NCBI GenBank assembly: GCA_018304425.1
Contig: JAGVWE010000004.1
Span: forward strand, 64,001-128,000
Reading direction: 5' to 3'
DNA: 64,000 bases
Source: Candidatus Iainarchaeum sp.
Lineage (GTDB): Archaea > Iainarchaeota > Iainarchaeia > Iainarchaeales > UBA10219
Below, in pieces: positions 1 to 9,554 of this stretch. The notes below the pieces were generated by a model. That model was given only the letters and a program-made list of their open reading frames with translations. It was not told the DNA's origin and made no database searches. Within the stretch, counting starts at the first letter, position 1, and every line of letters starts with the position of its first letter. Both the position numbers and the translations under genes were made by a program.

Positions 1-1349
1 AACTCCGTGCCCCTGCATTTCCCGCACCTTTGGCCGGCCTTTGGCTGGCTCGCCGTCGGGTCCACGGGCAACTCCGTTTCGTCCGCAAAAACGGCTTCCC
101 CACACTTCGCGCAATACCAAATCGGGAAGGGAACCCCGAAGAACCGCTGCCGCGACACGCACCAGTCCCACTTCAAGCCCTTCACCCAATTGTCGTACCT
201 CACCTTCATGTGCGCCGGGTGCCAATTCAGCTTCGCGCCCGCCTCCAGAAACTTCTCCTTCAAGTCCAGGTACCGGATGAACCACTGTTTGGTCGCCACG
301 TACTCGACCTCGGTCTCGCACCGCTCGTGCACGTTCACCGCGTGCTTGATGGGCTGCTGTTTCTTCAACGCCCCGATGGCCTTCAAATCCTCCAACACCG
401 CTTGCCGTGCCTCCTTGCTCGTCATGCCCTTATACTTCCCTGCCCGCTCGTTGTAGCGGCCGCTCACGTCCATGACCAGCACGGGCTTGACATCCGGGTG
501 CTTGGTCAGCCAGTCAATGCAGTCCGTTCCCCCATAACTGCAATAATAGACCGCGCCCGTCCCGTATTCGGGCAGGGTTTCCTCGTCGCCTTTCACGGGC
601 ACCCACCGGTCAATCAACGGGATTTTGACTTTCTTTCCAATCAAGTGCTTGTAGCGCTGGTCCTCGGGGTTGACCGAGAACCCCACGCAGGCCGGCAAAA
701 CCTCTGGCCGCGTGGTCGCGAACTGGAGCTTCTCCCCGTTCTCGGCCTCGACTTCAATATAGTTGAGGAACGACTCCAGTTCCTTGTCCTTCATCTCCAC
801 CTGCGCAATCACGGTCTGGCACTGCGGGCAGATGACAAGGGGAGCTTCCTTTCGTTCCAGCCTTCCTTTCTTGTGGAGGTCAAGCAGGCTCCGTTGACTG
901 GTCTTCATGCTCCAGTCGTCGATCGTCCGGTACTGCAGGTTCCAGTCGCAGCTGATGCCGATGCCTTGCCAGGACTGCTTCAACTGCTTCTCGGCTTCCA
1001 CGGTTTCCCGCAGGCACAATTTCACGAAGTCGGGGCGCGGCATCCGGCTGCCCTTGACCCCGCACTTTTTCTCGACGAACCTTTCAGTGGCCAAGCCGTT
1101 GTCGTCGAAGCCGAAGGGATAGAATGGGTGCTCGCCTTTCATGCGGTGAAAGCGCATGATGAAGTCGGCCTGCGAGTAGGCCATGGCGTGGCCCATGTGC
1201 ATTTTTCCCGAAACAGTCGGGGGCGGCGTGTCACAGCTGTAAACCGGTTGCTTGGTTTTCGCATCAAACCGGTAAACGCCGAGGTCTTCCCAGGCCTTCT
1301 GCCATTTCGCTTCCGCGTCCTTGAACGAGTAGTTCTTCGGAAGTTCCAT
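1..1349 (-). CDS. valS: Valyl-tRNA synthetase, N-terminal part (runs off the window start)
   Basis: Manual translation from ATG at 1349: MELPKNYSFKDAEAKWQKAW...DTPPPTVSGKMHMGH...PFGFDDNGLATER, the class I HIGH-region motifs of archaeal-type ValRS. Not in the ORF track because it is truncated. Confidence 0.93.
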   Translation of the reverse strand, partial: MELPKNYSFKDAEAKWQKAWEDLGVYRFDAKTKQPVYSCDTPPPTVSGKMHMGHAMAYSQADFIMRFHRMKGEHPFYPFGFDDNGLATERFVEKKCGVKGSRMPRPDFVKLCLRETVEAEKQLKQSWQGIGISCDWNLQYRTIDDWSMKTSQRSLLDLHKKGRLERKEAPLVICPQCQTVIAQVEMKDKELESFLNYIEVEAENGEKLQFATTRPEVLPACVGFSVNPEDQRYKHLIGKKVKIPLIDRWVPVKGDEETLPEYGTGAVYYCSYGGTDCIDWLTKHPDVKPVLVMDVSGRYNERAGKYKGMTSKEARQAVLEDLKAIGALKKQQPIKHAVNVHERCETEVEYVATKQWFIRYLDLKEKFLEAGAKLNWHPAHMKVRYDNWVKGLKWDWCVSRQRFFGVPFPIWYCAKCGEAVFADETELPVDPTASQPKAGQRCGKCRGTE

Positions 1350-1409
1350 CAAAATCCCCGCCGCCTTTGCCGGCTAATTAAGTCCATTAAACAGAATAAG
1401 GCTTTAAAT

Positions 1410-1591
1410 GAGTGGCCAGCCCCCGTGGGGGCGATTCTCACACCTGACCCATTCTAGGCCCCGACCAATTTATATTCCGGCAAGCTTCACGGTTCTCCGG
1501 CCCAACCGCCACAGCCGGTTGACGTCTGTGGACTAGTCCCGTCTTCGACGGGACGAGGCCTTCCGAAGGCCCCATAGGGCTATAGGCACTC
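1410..1591 (-). ncRNA. Candidate structured non-coding RNA of unknown family
   Basis: Intergenic. The two ends are complementary; there are two perfect hairpins, a two-stem pseudoknot or switch, and a T-loop-like hairpin GGUG-UGAGAAU-CGCC. TTTTATAA box at 1612-1605. Confidence 0.5.
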
Positions 1592-1688
1592 CAGGCGTTT
1601 TCCCTTATAAAAGCCCTTGGAATTCGCTTGCCGAACTTCGATTCCCTTCGGGGAAAGCTATAAATAGGGCCTACGCGTATTAGATGCC

Positions 1689-2918
1689 ATGACCCGCCAA
1701 ACGCTGGTTGTGCTGTTCCTGGCCTTGCTGCTTGCCTCGGCGGTTTCCGTGTACGCCGCGGAAGCCGACCCACCCGCCCAGCCGGCCGCGCCACTGACGA
1801 TGGGCACTGCCTTTTCGAATGCCCCCCCACTCGCCGAAGGAACGTACAAGGTCAAAACGAATGCAAAGAGCGATTGGGGGGAAGTCTGGCACTACCTGAA
1901 GTTTGACGGCCGCCCAGGATATCTCTTGAACGTGGATGTCACCGCCCAGTTCCCGGATAAATGCAGTGCTGCGTATTTGTGCGAGACAGACCATTACTTA
2001 TACTTGTATAACGCGGACCAGGAACACGTAAGCTCACTGGCTGATTCAGCAGCGTTCAAAGTCGGCAAACCGTTCCCAACGCTAAACGGCTGGTACTTCT
2101 TCTCAGCCGAGCAAGCAGGCTCCTATTATTTGGTGCTCAAAACAAGGCATTATTATGGCCCCCCCTCTAAGTCGACGGACAAAGACGCCGAATTCGAGGC
2201 AGATTTGGCTATCACTTGGCAGCTTGGTGGTGATGCAGGGTCAACCACCGATGCACCGACCGGGTTCACACAGGCCCTGCCCCTCACACCAGGAACCCAT
2301 AAAGCCTACCTTCTCATGGGCAGGCACGGTGTCGATAAGATAGACACTTATTCCATTGACCTGAAGAAATTCGAGAAGCTGTCCATCCGCATCGTCCCCG
2401 ACGAGAAGTATAAGGGCAGCTTTGGCGTGTCCTTCTACAACAGCGACCGCCAAAAGTTCGCGTTCGGGCACGCGACAGCCGCCAATGCGGGCGCCATCGT
2501 GAACGCCTCTTTGGCCGCCGCCCCCGTGGGCCAGACCGTTTACTTCCAAATCCTGAATGCGGATCCAATAGATAATCTTCTGGGTGGCACGCCGGGCGGC
2601 CCTTATTCCATTGAGGTCAAGGTCGAACCCGCCGAGTCCTGCACTTCCGAGGAAAACAGTATGCGAGGGTCTTGTACGGGGCAATGGGAGGCCTGCATCG
2701 AAGGAAAATGCGTGTCGAACAGCTACTACTATGATTACGTCAAGAAAAAGGCGCCCGTCGTCCAGAAGACCCCTAACCTACCTACGACGCCTAAAACGCC
2801 TTCGCCTTCCACACCCAAGCAGTCGCCGCCTGCTGTCCCTGCACAGGGCGATGCAATGTCCGCCTTCTTCGAGGCGCTCTACCGGTTCTTGAGCGGCTGG
2901 TTCGGCGGCAAGGGTTGA
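1689..2918 (+). CDS. Secreted/cell-surface protein (beta-rich PPC-like repeats, small Cys-rich module, Pro/Thr linker, amphipathic C-terminal tail)
   Basis: Hydrophobic signal peptide, C-x8-C-x5-C-x4-C module, PTTPKTPSPSTP linker, tail FFEALYRFLSGWFGGKG. TATAAATA at about 1659, leaderless. Confidence 0.7.
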   Translation: MTRQTLVVLFLALLLASAVSVYAAEADPPAQPAAPLTMGTAFSNAPPLAEGTYKVKTNAKSDWGEVWHYLKFDGRPGYLLNVDVTAQFPDKCSAAYLCETDHYLYLYNADQEHVSSLADSAAFKVGKPFPTLNGWYFFSAEQAGSYYLVLKTRHYYGPPSKSTDKDAEFEADLAITWQLGGDAGSTTDAPTGFTQALPLTPGTHKAYLLMGRHGVDKIDTYSIDLKKFEKLSIRIVPDEKYKGSFGVSFYNSDRQKFAFGHATAANAGAIVNASLAAAPVGQTVYFQILNADPIDNLLGGTPGGPYSIEVKVEPAESCTSEENSMRGSCTGQWEACIEGKCVSNSYYYDYVKKKAPVVQKTPNLPTTPKTPSPSTPKQSPPAVPAQGDAMSAFFEALYRFLSGWFGGKG

Positions 2919-2971
2919 CGCGTTCGGTCTTAACCTGAATCCTTAAATTCTGGTTCCGCTCCTATTGGAGT

Positions 2972-4405
2972 ATGCAGCCTCGCCTTCGGTTGCCCCGCCG
3001 CCCCTGGCAGCGAACCCGACCAAAAAAGAAGTGGACAAGGGAAATCGTTTTGGTTAGGCAACGCCGGGCGGCCCGAGAAAAAGTCCTATCCGCGGTTGAG
3101 TCTCCTATGGCTCCCAGCCCTGCGAGGCTACGCGCTTTCCCAGAGGAGCGGAGGGGCCCGCACTTGGCCACCAAAACAATGGTTCACCGCTCGCTTTGGG
3201 CGGGAGTCAAGGCAGTACGAGCTGGGGGTCTGGTTGACCGCTTATCCGCTCGCTACAAGTTTTGGAGGGAAAGGTTAGGCGAGCAAACTTTTAGGAACAC
3301 CTTGACCGCCCGGAAATCAAGGAAAAAAATTTTTGCCGAGTCTATCCGGCTTCGGGACGCCCTCGCAGCCCTCGGCATCGCTCGTCGCCTCGAAGGAAAC
3401 GCGCTCACGAGACTCTCCCCTTCGCGGAAAAAAGCAATCATTGCCGCCGTTGACGTGCTGGGCTCAGTCAAGGCAGCGGCGGCCCTTTTCGGGTTGCCCG
3501 CTGCCGATGTTTCCCTTGTCTTGGGAGAAGCCGGAAAGAGCGTTGCAGCGCATCCTTTGACTCCCAAGCAACGGGAGACGCTTGCGCAACTGCAGGCCTT
3601 GGAAAGAAAGGCTCGCTTGGAAGGCATGTCCCCTGAGCAGGTTCGAGCGGGGCGGAAAGCCATCGAAGCGGCCCGCGGTTTCGACCACGTTCAATGGCTC
3701 ATGCGCGTGCACGGGCAACAGCAGGGCCTCGATTTTTTGGACTATGCAAACCTTCCGAGGCCCATTCAAAGGCGTAGGGCACCCAACGCTCTTTCGGCCG
3801 AGGAACGGGCCCAAATAGTTGTCAACAGCAAGAGGTCGCTGGAAAGCGCCGTTCGAAGCGTGCTTGGACGCAGCAAGGCCTACGCGAGCATGACGCCCGG
3901 GGAGGTCGCGGGGTGGGTGGCTTGGCTGCAGCCAAGAGTTGCTGAGGATCTGGGGTTTTCAGATGAAGCCAGGCTTCGGAAGGAGCCCGGGACCCAGGTT
4001 TATGCCAGCGCCCGAAGGCGGCTCAAAAGACAACTACGTTCTGAAAAACCGAAGAAGAGGAAACGCAAGCTGAGGGCAGGGGAGGTACCCAGAGGGAAAC
4101 GAGGCACCTTGACGACTTTGGACGCTCCGATGGGCGAGGATGCGCCGAGCAGAAAGGATGTGCTTCCGGCAAGACCCGAGGTAGACGTGACTGATGCACA
4201 CATTCATGCATTCATTGAAAAAATTGCCCCGCTTGCCAAGCTGGATGAAAGAGACCGGGTCATCTTGTTAGGCGAATTAACTGGCAAGCCCCGTTCCATA
4301 ACGGCGGCTAGCATGGGGATAACTTCGGTAGGTATCGCTGCCAGACTCAGAAGGATTCGAGGCAGATTATCCAGGGCCCAAAATGAAATCCGGGAACTCT
4401 TGTAG
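2972..4405 (+). CDS. Arg-rich orphan with an internal HTH and a C-terminal sigma70 region 3.2/4-like segment
   Basis: 477 aa. TLDAPMGED followed by LAKLDERDRVIL...AASMGITSVGIAARLRRIRGRL. TTAAAT about 24 nt upstream of the ATG. Confidence 0.6.
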   Translation: MQPRLRLPRRPWQRTRPKKKWTREIVLVRQRRAAREKVLSAVESPMAPSPARLRAFPEERRGPHLATKTMVHRSLWAGVKAVRAGGLVDRLSARYKFWRERLGEQTFRNTLTARKSRKKIFAESIRLRDALAALGIARRLEGNALTRLSPSRKKAIIAAVDVLGSVKAAAALFGLPAADVSLVLGEAGKSVAAHPLTPKQRETLAQLQALERKARLEGMSPEQVRAGRKAIEAARGFDHVQWLMRVHGQQQGLDFLDYANLPRPIQRRRAPNALSAEERAQIVVNSKRSLESAVRSVLGRSKAYASMTPGEVAGWVAWLQPRVAEDLGFSDEARLRKEPGTQVYASARRRLKRQLRSEKPKKRKRKLRAGEVPRGKRGTLTTLDAPMGEDAPSRKDVLPARPEVDVTDAHIHAFIEKIAPLAKLDERDRVILLGELTGKPRSITAASMGITSVGIAARLRRIRGRLSRAQNEIRELL

Positions 4406-4410
4406 GGAAC

Positions 4411-5562
4411 TCATCCCCCGAACTTGCGCTTGAACTTTCCGAGCAGGCTGTCGTCCCGCAAATTCTTTCCATCGAGTTCGGCCAGCCTCTCCAGGAGTTC
4501 GCGTTCTTCTTTGCCGAGCTTTTCGGGCACCTTGACGAACACCTTCACGTACTCGTCTCCGAAGCGGTTCGAGTCCAGTTCCTTGACTCCCTTGCCCTTC
4601 AACCGGAACACGGTGCCGGTCTGCGTTCCGGGAGGCACCTTCAACCGGGCCCTGCCCTCCAAAGTAGGCACCTCGATTTCCGCGCCCAGCGCGGCCTCCG
4701 CGAAACCCAGGGGCACCTTGCAGTAAACGTCGGCTCCATCCCTTCTGAACACGTCATGGGGTTCGACGAACAACACGACGAACAAGTCGCCGGGCCTGCC
4801 GCCTCGCTCACCCGCGTTTCCCTCGCTGGTCAACCGCAAATGGTTTCCCGTCCACACCCCGGGAGGAACCTTGACCTGGATTTTGCGCACGGCATTGACC
4901 TTGCCGTGGCCCCGGCATTTGAGGCAAACATCTCTGGCCACCGAGCCCTTGCCCTGGCAGGCATGGCAGGGGCTGGTCGTGGAAAACAGGCCGAAAGCCG
5001 TTCGTTGCACGTGCTGGACCATGCCGCTGCCCCGGCACTTGCCGCAGGCCGTTCGCTCCCCGCCCTTGCTGCCGCTGCCCCCGCAGGCCTCACAGGCTTC
5101 ATGCCGTTCGACCTCGATTTCCTTCGTCGCCCCGAACGCGGCTTCCTCGAAGGAGAGGCTCACCTCGACCTTGATGGGGTCGCCTTGCACGGGTCCCCTG
5201 GGCCGTCTCCGGCCGCCGCCAAAGGCTTCGCCGAATAGGTCACCAAAGCCAAAGCCGCCGAGGTTGCCGAACAACGAGTCAAAGTCGAAGTCCGCTCCCT
5301 GGAAGCCACCGAACCCGGCTCCGCCGAAGCCCGCGCCGCCCGGCCCGGCAAACCCGAACCGGTCGTAGTTGGCCTTCTTTTCCGCGTCGCTCAGCACGCT
5401 GTAGGCTTCGTTGGCTTCCTTGAATTTTTCTTCGGCGTGGGGTTCCTTGCTCACGTCGGGATGGAATTTCTTGGCCAACCGCTTGTAGGCTTCCTTGAGT
5501 TCTGCCGCGGACGCGTTCTTGTTGACGCCGAGCACGTCGTAGTAGTCGCGTTTTTCGGCCAT
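4411..5562 (-). CDS. dnaJ: Chaperone DnaJ
   Basis: J domain with HPD, G/F-rich region, four CxxCxGxG repeats. Confidence 0.98.
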   Translation of the reverse strand: MAEKRDYYDVLGVNKNASAAELKEAYKRLAKKFHPDVSKEPHAEEKFKEANEAYSVLSDAEKKANYDRFGFAGPGGAGFGGAGFGGFQGADFDFDSLFGNLGGFGFGDLFGEAFGGGRRRPRGPVQGDPIKVEVSLSFEEAAFGATKEIEVERHEACEACGGSGSKGGERTACGKCRGSGMVQHVQRTAFGLFSTTSPCHACQGKGSVARDVCLKCRGHGKVNAVRKIQVKVPPGVWTGNHLRLTSEGNAGERGGRPGDLFVVLFVEPHDVFRRDGADVYCKVPLGFAEAALGAEIEVPTLEGRARLKVPPGTQTGTVFRLKGKGVKELDSNRFGDEYVKVFVKVPEKLGKEERELLERLAELDGKNLRDDSLLGKFKRKFGG

Positions 5563-5579
5563 CCGCTTTCAACCTTCCG

Positions 5580-7460
5580 CTACTTTTTGTCGTCGACCTT
5601 GTAGTCGGCGTCCACGACCTTGTCCCCGTCGCCGGGCTTTTCGCCGGCGCCCTGGCTTCCGGGCTGTTCCCCACCAGGGGTTTGGCCCCCTTGCGGGGAC
5701 GTTCCGCCGTGCTTCTGGTACAATTCCACGGAGGCTTCCTGCATGGCCTTGTTGACTTCGTCGAGCTTGGCCTTGATTTTGGCCGCGTCCCGCGGCTTTG
5801 CTTCGAGGAGTTTCTTCAACTCCTCGACGCCGGCCTTGATGTGGTCGACCTTGTCTTGGGCGACCTTGCCTTCCAGGTCCTTCAACAGCTTGTCCGCGCC
5901 ATAGGCCGTCGCGTCCGCCTGGTTCAGGGTCTCGGCTTCCGCCATCCGCTTCCGGTCCTGTTCTGCGAACTCCTCGGCTTCCTTCTGCATGCGCTTGACT
6001 TCGTCTTCGTTGAGCTTCTGCGAGGCCACAATGGTTATCTTCTGTTCCCTGCCTGTGCCCAGGTCCTTTGCGGACGCGTTGACGATGCCATTGGCATCAA
6101 TGTCAAACGTTACCTCCACCTGTGGCACGCCCCTCGGCGCGGGAGGAATGCCCACCAACTGGAAGCGGCCCAGCGTCTTGTTGTCGGCCGCCATCGGCCT
6201 TTCGCCTTGCAGCACGTGGATGTCCACTGCGTTCTGGTTGTCGGTTGCCGTCGTGAACACCTGGCTCTTCCGCGTTGGAATCGTGGTGTTCCGCTCGATG
6301 AGCCGGGTCATCACCCCGCCCAGGGTCTCGAGGCCCAGGCTCAACGGCGTAACATCCAGTAACAGGATGTCCTTGACTTCGCCGGACAGCACCGCGCCCT
6401 GGATGGCCGCGCCAACCGCCACGCACTCCATGGGGTCAATGCCCCGTTCAACTTTCGTGCCCAGCACCTTTTCGACGAACCGCTGCATGACCGGCATCCG
6501 GGTGGGCCCGCCCACCAGAATGACTTTCTGGATGTCCGAGGGCGTGAGCTTGGCGTCGGCCAGCGCCTGCATCAGGGGCTTCTCGCAGCGCTTGATGATG
6601 GGGTCCACGATTTCCTCGAGCTTGGCGCGGTTCAGTTTCATGGCCAGGTGTTTGGGCCCCGTGGCATCGGCCGTGATGTACGGCAGGTTGAGGTCGGTTT
6701 CAATCGCGGTGGACAACTCGATTTTGGCCTTTTCCGCGGCTTCCCGCAGCCGCTGCATGGCCACCGAGTCCCTGGACAAGTCCGTTCCCGTGGTCCGCTT
6801 GAATTCCTTGACGAGGTAATCGATCAGGGCCTTGTCCATGTCGGTGCCGCCCAGCTGGGTGTCGCCCGAGGTGGACTTGACTTCGAAGACGCCGGTGCCG
6901 AACTCCATGAGCGTAACGTCCAGGGTTCCGCCGCCGAAGTCGAACACGAGAATCTTCTGGTCGGCTCCCTTCTTGTCCAAGCCATAGGCCAGCGAGGCCG
7001 CCGTGGGCTCGTTGATGATTCGCACCACATCCAGGCCCGCGATTTTTCCCGCGTCCTTGGTTGCCTGCCGCTGGTTGTCGTCAAAGTAGGCCGGCACGGT
7101 GACGACCGCCTTCTCGACTTTTTCGCCCAAAAACTCTTCGGCGTCCTTCTTTATCTTCTGCAGGATGAAGGCCGAAATCTGCTGGGGCGTGTAGTCCTTG
7201 CCGGACACGCCGTACTTGTAATCGGTGCCCATCTTGCGTTTGGCTGCCATGATCGTTCCTTCCGGGTTGCTGACGGCTTGCCTCCGCGCCGGCTCTCCCA
7301 CCAGCACCTGCCCGTCCTTGGTGAACGCGACCACGGAGGGAAAGGCCTTGCCATAGAGCGTCATGCCTTCGGCTGAAGGGATTATCTTGGGCTTGCCGCC
7401 TTCCATGACGGCTGCCGCCGAGTTGCTGGTTCCCAAGTCGATGCCGATGATTTTCGCCAT
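5580..7460 (-). CDS. dnaK: Chaperone DnaK (Hsp70)
   Basis: [30 protein letters not shown] motifs. Confidence 0.99.
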   Translation of the reverse strand: MAKIIGIDLGTSNSAAAVMEGGKPKIIPSAEGMTLYGKAFPSVVAFTKDGQVLVGEPARRQAVSNPEGTIMAAKRKMGTDYKYGVSGKDYTPQQISAFILQKIKKDAEEFLGEKVEKAVVTVPAYFDDNQRQATKDAGKIAGLDVVRIINEPTAASLAYGLDKKGADQKILVFDFGGGTLDVTLMEFGTGVFEVKSTSGDTQLGGTDMDKALIDYLVKEFKRTTGTDLSRDSVAMQRLREAAEKAKIELSTAIETDLNLPYITADATGPKHLAMKLNRAKLEEIVDPIIKRCEKPLMQALADAKLTPSDIQKVILVGGPTRMPVMQRFVEKVLGTKVERGIDPMECVAVGAAIQGAVLSGEVKDILLLDVTPLSLGLETLGGVMTRLIERNTTIPTRKSQVFTTATDNQNAVDIHVLQGERPMAADNKTLGRFQLVGIPPAPRGVPQVEVTFDIDANGIVNASAKDLGTGREQKITIVASQKLNEDEVKRMQKEAEEFAEQDRKRMAEAETLNQADATAYGADKLLKDLEGKVAQDKVDHIKAGVEELKKLLEAKPRDAAKIKAKLDEVNKAMQEASVELYQKHGGTSPQGGQTPGGEQPGSQGAGEKPGDGDKVVDADYKVDDKK

Positions 7461-7476
7461 GCCATTCCTCCTATAG

Positions 7477-7929
7477 TCAACTTAACTTATTAACCCTCAC
7501 CTTTGAGGGCCTCAACACCAAATCCCTGAGCGCATAGCCTTTCTGGAGTTCCTCCAGCACTAGTCCATCCGGTTTTCCCGCGTCCACCGCGTTCAGCATC
7601 ACTTCGTGCAGGGAGGGGTCGAATTTTTCGCCCACACACTTGATTTCCATGAAGCCGTGCCGGCCCAGGATGTCGAGGAACTGCTTGCGCAACAGCTTGA
7701 CGCCCTCCTCGTTTCCCGCCTGTTCCAGGGAGTCCACGAAGGGCAGCAGTTCCCGCACGAACGCGGCGTTCGCGTAGGCCAGGAATTCATTCCGCTCTCT
7801 TTCCATGCGCTTGGAGGCGTTCTCGAATTCCGCCTGCAACCGCTGAAGCGTTTCCGTCAGTTCCTTGACCCGGTCTTCGGCCAGGGACGCGCTGGGTTCC
7901 CCCGCCTTTCCCGGTTTGCCTTCCTTCAT
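7477..7929 (-). CDS. grpE: Nucleotide exchange factor GrpE
   Basis: [31 protein letters not shown]. Start reassigned to ATG 7929, which follows an SD-like GGGTGGT. Confidence 0.95.
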   Translation of the reverse strand: MKEGKPGKAGEPSASLAEDRVKELTETLQRLQAEFENASKRMERERNEFLAYANAAFVRELLPFVDSLEQAGNEEGVKLLRKQFLDILGRHGFMEIKCVGEKFDPSLHEVMLNAVDAGKPDGLVLEELQKGYALRDLVLRPSKVRVNKLS

Positions 7930-7941
7930 GTACCACCCACA

Positions 7942-7964
7942 ATTGTCTAAAACATTTAAACAAT
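7942..7964. promoter_or_regulatory. Imperfect inverted repeat overlapping the grpE TATA box (candidate operator)
   Basis: ATTGTCTAAA-aca-TTTAAACAAT, 9/10 match, in the divergent grpE/regulator spacer. Confidence 0.5.
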
Positions 7965-8017
7965 AACCAAACTCTTTAATCAAAAGTCTTTTAAATACTT
8001 GCGTGGAACCTTTTTCC

Positions 8018-8446
8018 ATGGCAGCCATCCGTAGAAGCAGTGGTTTCAGGATTATGATCAAAAAGGTTGAAAAACCTTTTTCTGACAACACTTTGGACGA
8101 ATTCAACTGGCTCTGCGAGTGCCTGGGCTTCTTCGAACCCATCGACAAGTCGAAGACCGCGGCCTCAGTCTTCAAGGAACTGGTGAACGCGACCGACAAG
8201 GGCGAGGCGCTTTCTTCGACAGCCCTCGCCGAACGCGTGGGCATGTCGAGGGGCAGCGTCATCAACCACCTGAACAACCTCTTGGAAGCCGGGCTCATCA
8301 CCAAGCGCGGCCGCTTCTACTTCGCGCGCTCGCGCTCGGTCTTCAGGACACTCAAGGAAATCGAGGAAGACATCCTCCGCGTGTTCCACGACATGGAGGA
8401 CACCGCGCGGGAAATCGACGAGCAATTCAACCGCTTCTACGATTAA
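8018..8446 (+). CDS. Winged-helix transcriptional regulator (ArsR/TrmB-like), divergent from grpE
   Basis: LSSTALAERVGMSRGSVINHLNNLLEAGLI wHTH. TTTTAAATA about 21 nt upstream of ATG 8018. Confidence 0.85.
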   Translation: MAAIRRSSGFRIMIKKVEKPFSDNTLDEFNWLCECLGFFEPIDKSKTAASVFKELVNATDKGEALSSTALAERVGMSRGSVINHLNNLLEAGLITKRGRFYFARSRSVFRTLKEIEEDILRVFHDMEDTAREIDEQFNRFYD

Positions 8447-8476
8447 CCTTATTAATGGCTTGTGCCTACTTTTTTC

Positions 8477-9121
8477 ATGGCCAAGCCCGTTTCCCTGCAT
8501 GCCTTGTTCTTTCCCGGCATCGTCTTCCACGAGTTCTCCCACTACCTTGCCTGCCTCTTGTTCGGCGTGAAAGTCAAGCGCGTGAAGTGGTTCGGCAAAG
8601 AAGACGCATACGTCGTCCACGAGACCCCGCAACCCCTGGCCTCCGTGGTCATCACCTTGGCCCCCTTCCTGCTCGGCAACTGGCTGGCTTACAATGTCTT
8701 GGAGGCCGCAACCCCCCTGCTGGGGGCAGGCGGCCTGCTTTCCCCGTCCACTCCCCTGGCGCTGTTCTACTACTGGTTTGCCTTGGCCCTCCTCTACTAC
8801 TCGTTTCCCAGCGACCAGGATGGCAGCAACGCCTTCTACAACGTTCTAGGCGCCTACCGGAAGGGTATCTTTGGTTCAACTCCGGCAGTCGTCAAACTCT
8901 TGTACCTCGTCACCTTTCCCCTTGCTTTCCTTCCCCTCGTCTTCGCGCTCGGCTTCATGATGTTGTTCAGCAACTCCGCGGGCCTCCGCATCATCTGGAC
9001 GCTTTCCATCGTCCTGCTCTCCTTTGACCCCTCTCTGGGCGCCCAGTTCGGGAACCTCTTCAACGGCTTGGCTTCCACCGTCACGAGGCTTTTCGTGGGA
9101 TTCATCCCACTTTTTCCGTAA
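8477..9121 (+). CDS. Membrane zinc metalloprotease-like protein (M50-like)
   Basis: PGIVFHEFSH (HExxH), LAPF, FPSDQD, several TM helices. Confidence 0.75.
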   Translation: MAKPVSLHALFFPGIVFHEFSHYLACLLFGVKVKRVKWFGKEDAYVVHETPQPLASVVITLAPFLLGNWLAYNVLEAATPLLGAGGLLSPSTPLALFYYWFALALLYYSFPSDQDGSNAFYNVLGAYRKGIFGSTPAVVKLLYLVTFPLAFLPLVFALGFMMLFSNSAGLRIIWTLSIVLLSFDPSLGAQFGNLFNGLASTVTRLFVGFIPLFP

Positions 9122-9227
9122 ACGCTTCCTTGTCCTGCCTTGCAGGACGAGGCCCCCCAATGCAAGGCATTGGATGGTTGCCCGTCGCAAAAGGGTTTTT
9201 ATATAAGTTTTCACACAATAGTCCGTC

Positions 9228-9518
9228 ATGTCGGGCCGCATTGAAAGGTTCTTGGACCTCAACCACATGGCCTCCGAGGCCGTGAAAGCCTTCCTCGGCG
9301 AACGCGTTTCCCGCGCCAAAAAAGACCAGCGCTACCTTGCCTTGTTCGTCGTCGAACTCTTCTTGGCGCTGCTGCTCGTGGGCGCGATTTATTTTTACCT
9401 CGACCCCACTGTCAACCTCGTGCCATTTCCCTACAACTACGCGGCCTTCGCCTTTCTATTCCTGGCCGCCATGTGGATTTACCGGTACACCAAGGGGTTC
9501 CGCAAACTCAAGCTGTGA
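9228..9518 (+). CDS. Small two-TM membrane protein
   Basis: 96 aa, two hydrophobic segments, TTTTATATAA upstream. Confidence 0.7.
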   Translation: MSGRIERFLDLNHMASEAVKAFLGERVSRAKKDQRYLALFVVELFLALLLVGAIYFYLDPTVNLVPFPYNYAAFAFLFLAAMWIYRYTKGFRKLKL

Positions 9519-9554
9519 AATCTGCTAAGAACTGAGGGGTTGGGGCGGGTGCGC

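Noticed and set aside
1390-1407. AACAGAATAAGGCTTTA on the + strand resembles RNase P RNA CR-V
   Set aside because: No CR-I (GAGGAA) or room for the rest of the RNA upstream, which is valS coding sequence; it coincides with the probable valS TATA region.
7930-8304. ORF-track N-terminal extensions of GrpE (likewise uL6, uL14, uS17, RtcB, GltX, EF-1A)
   Set aside because: Upstream in-frame starts overlap neighbouring genes or promoters; SD/TATA positions and homology support the shorter starts.
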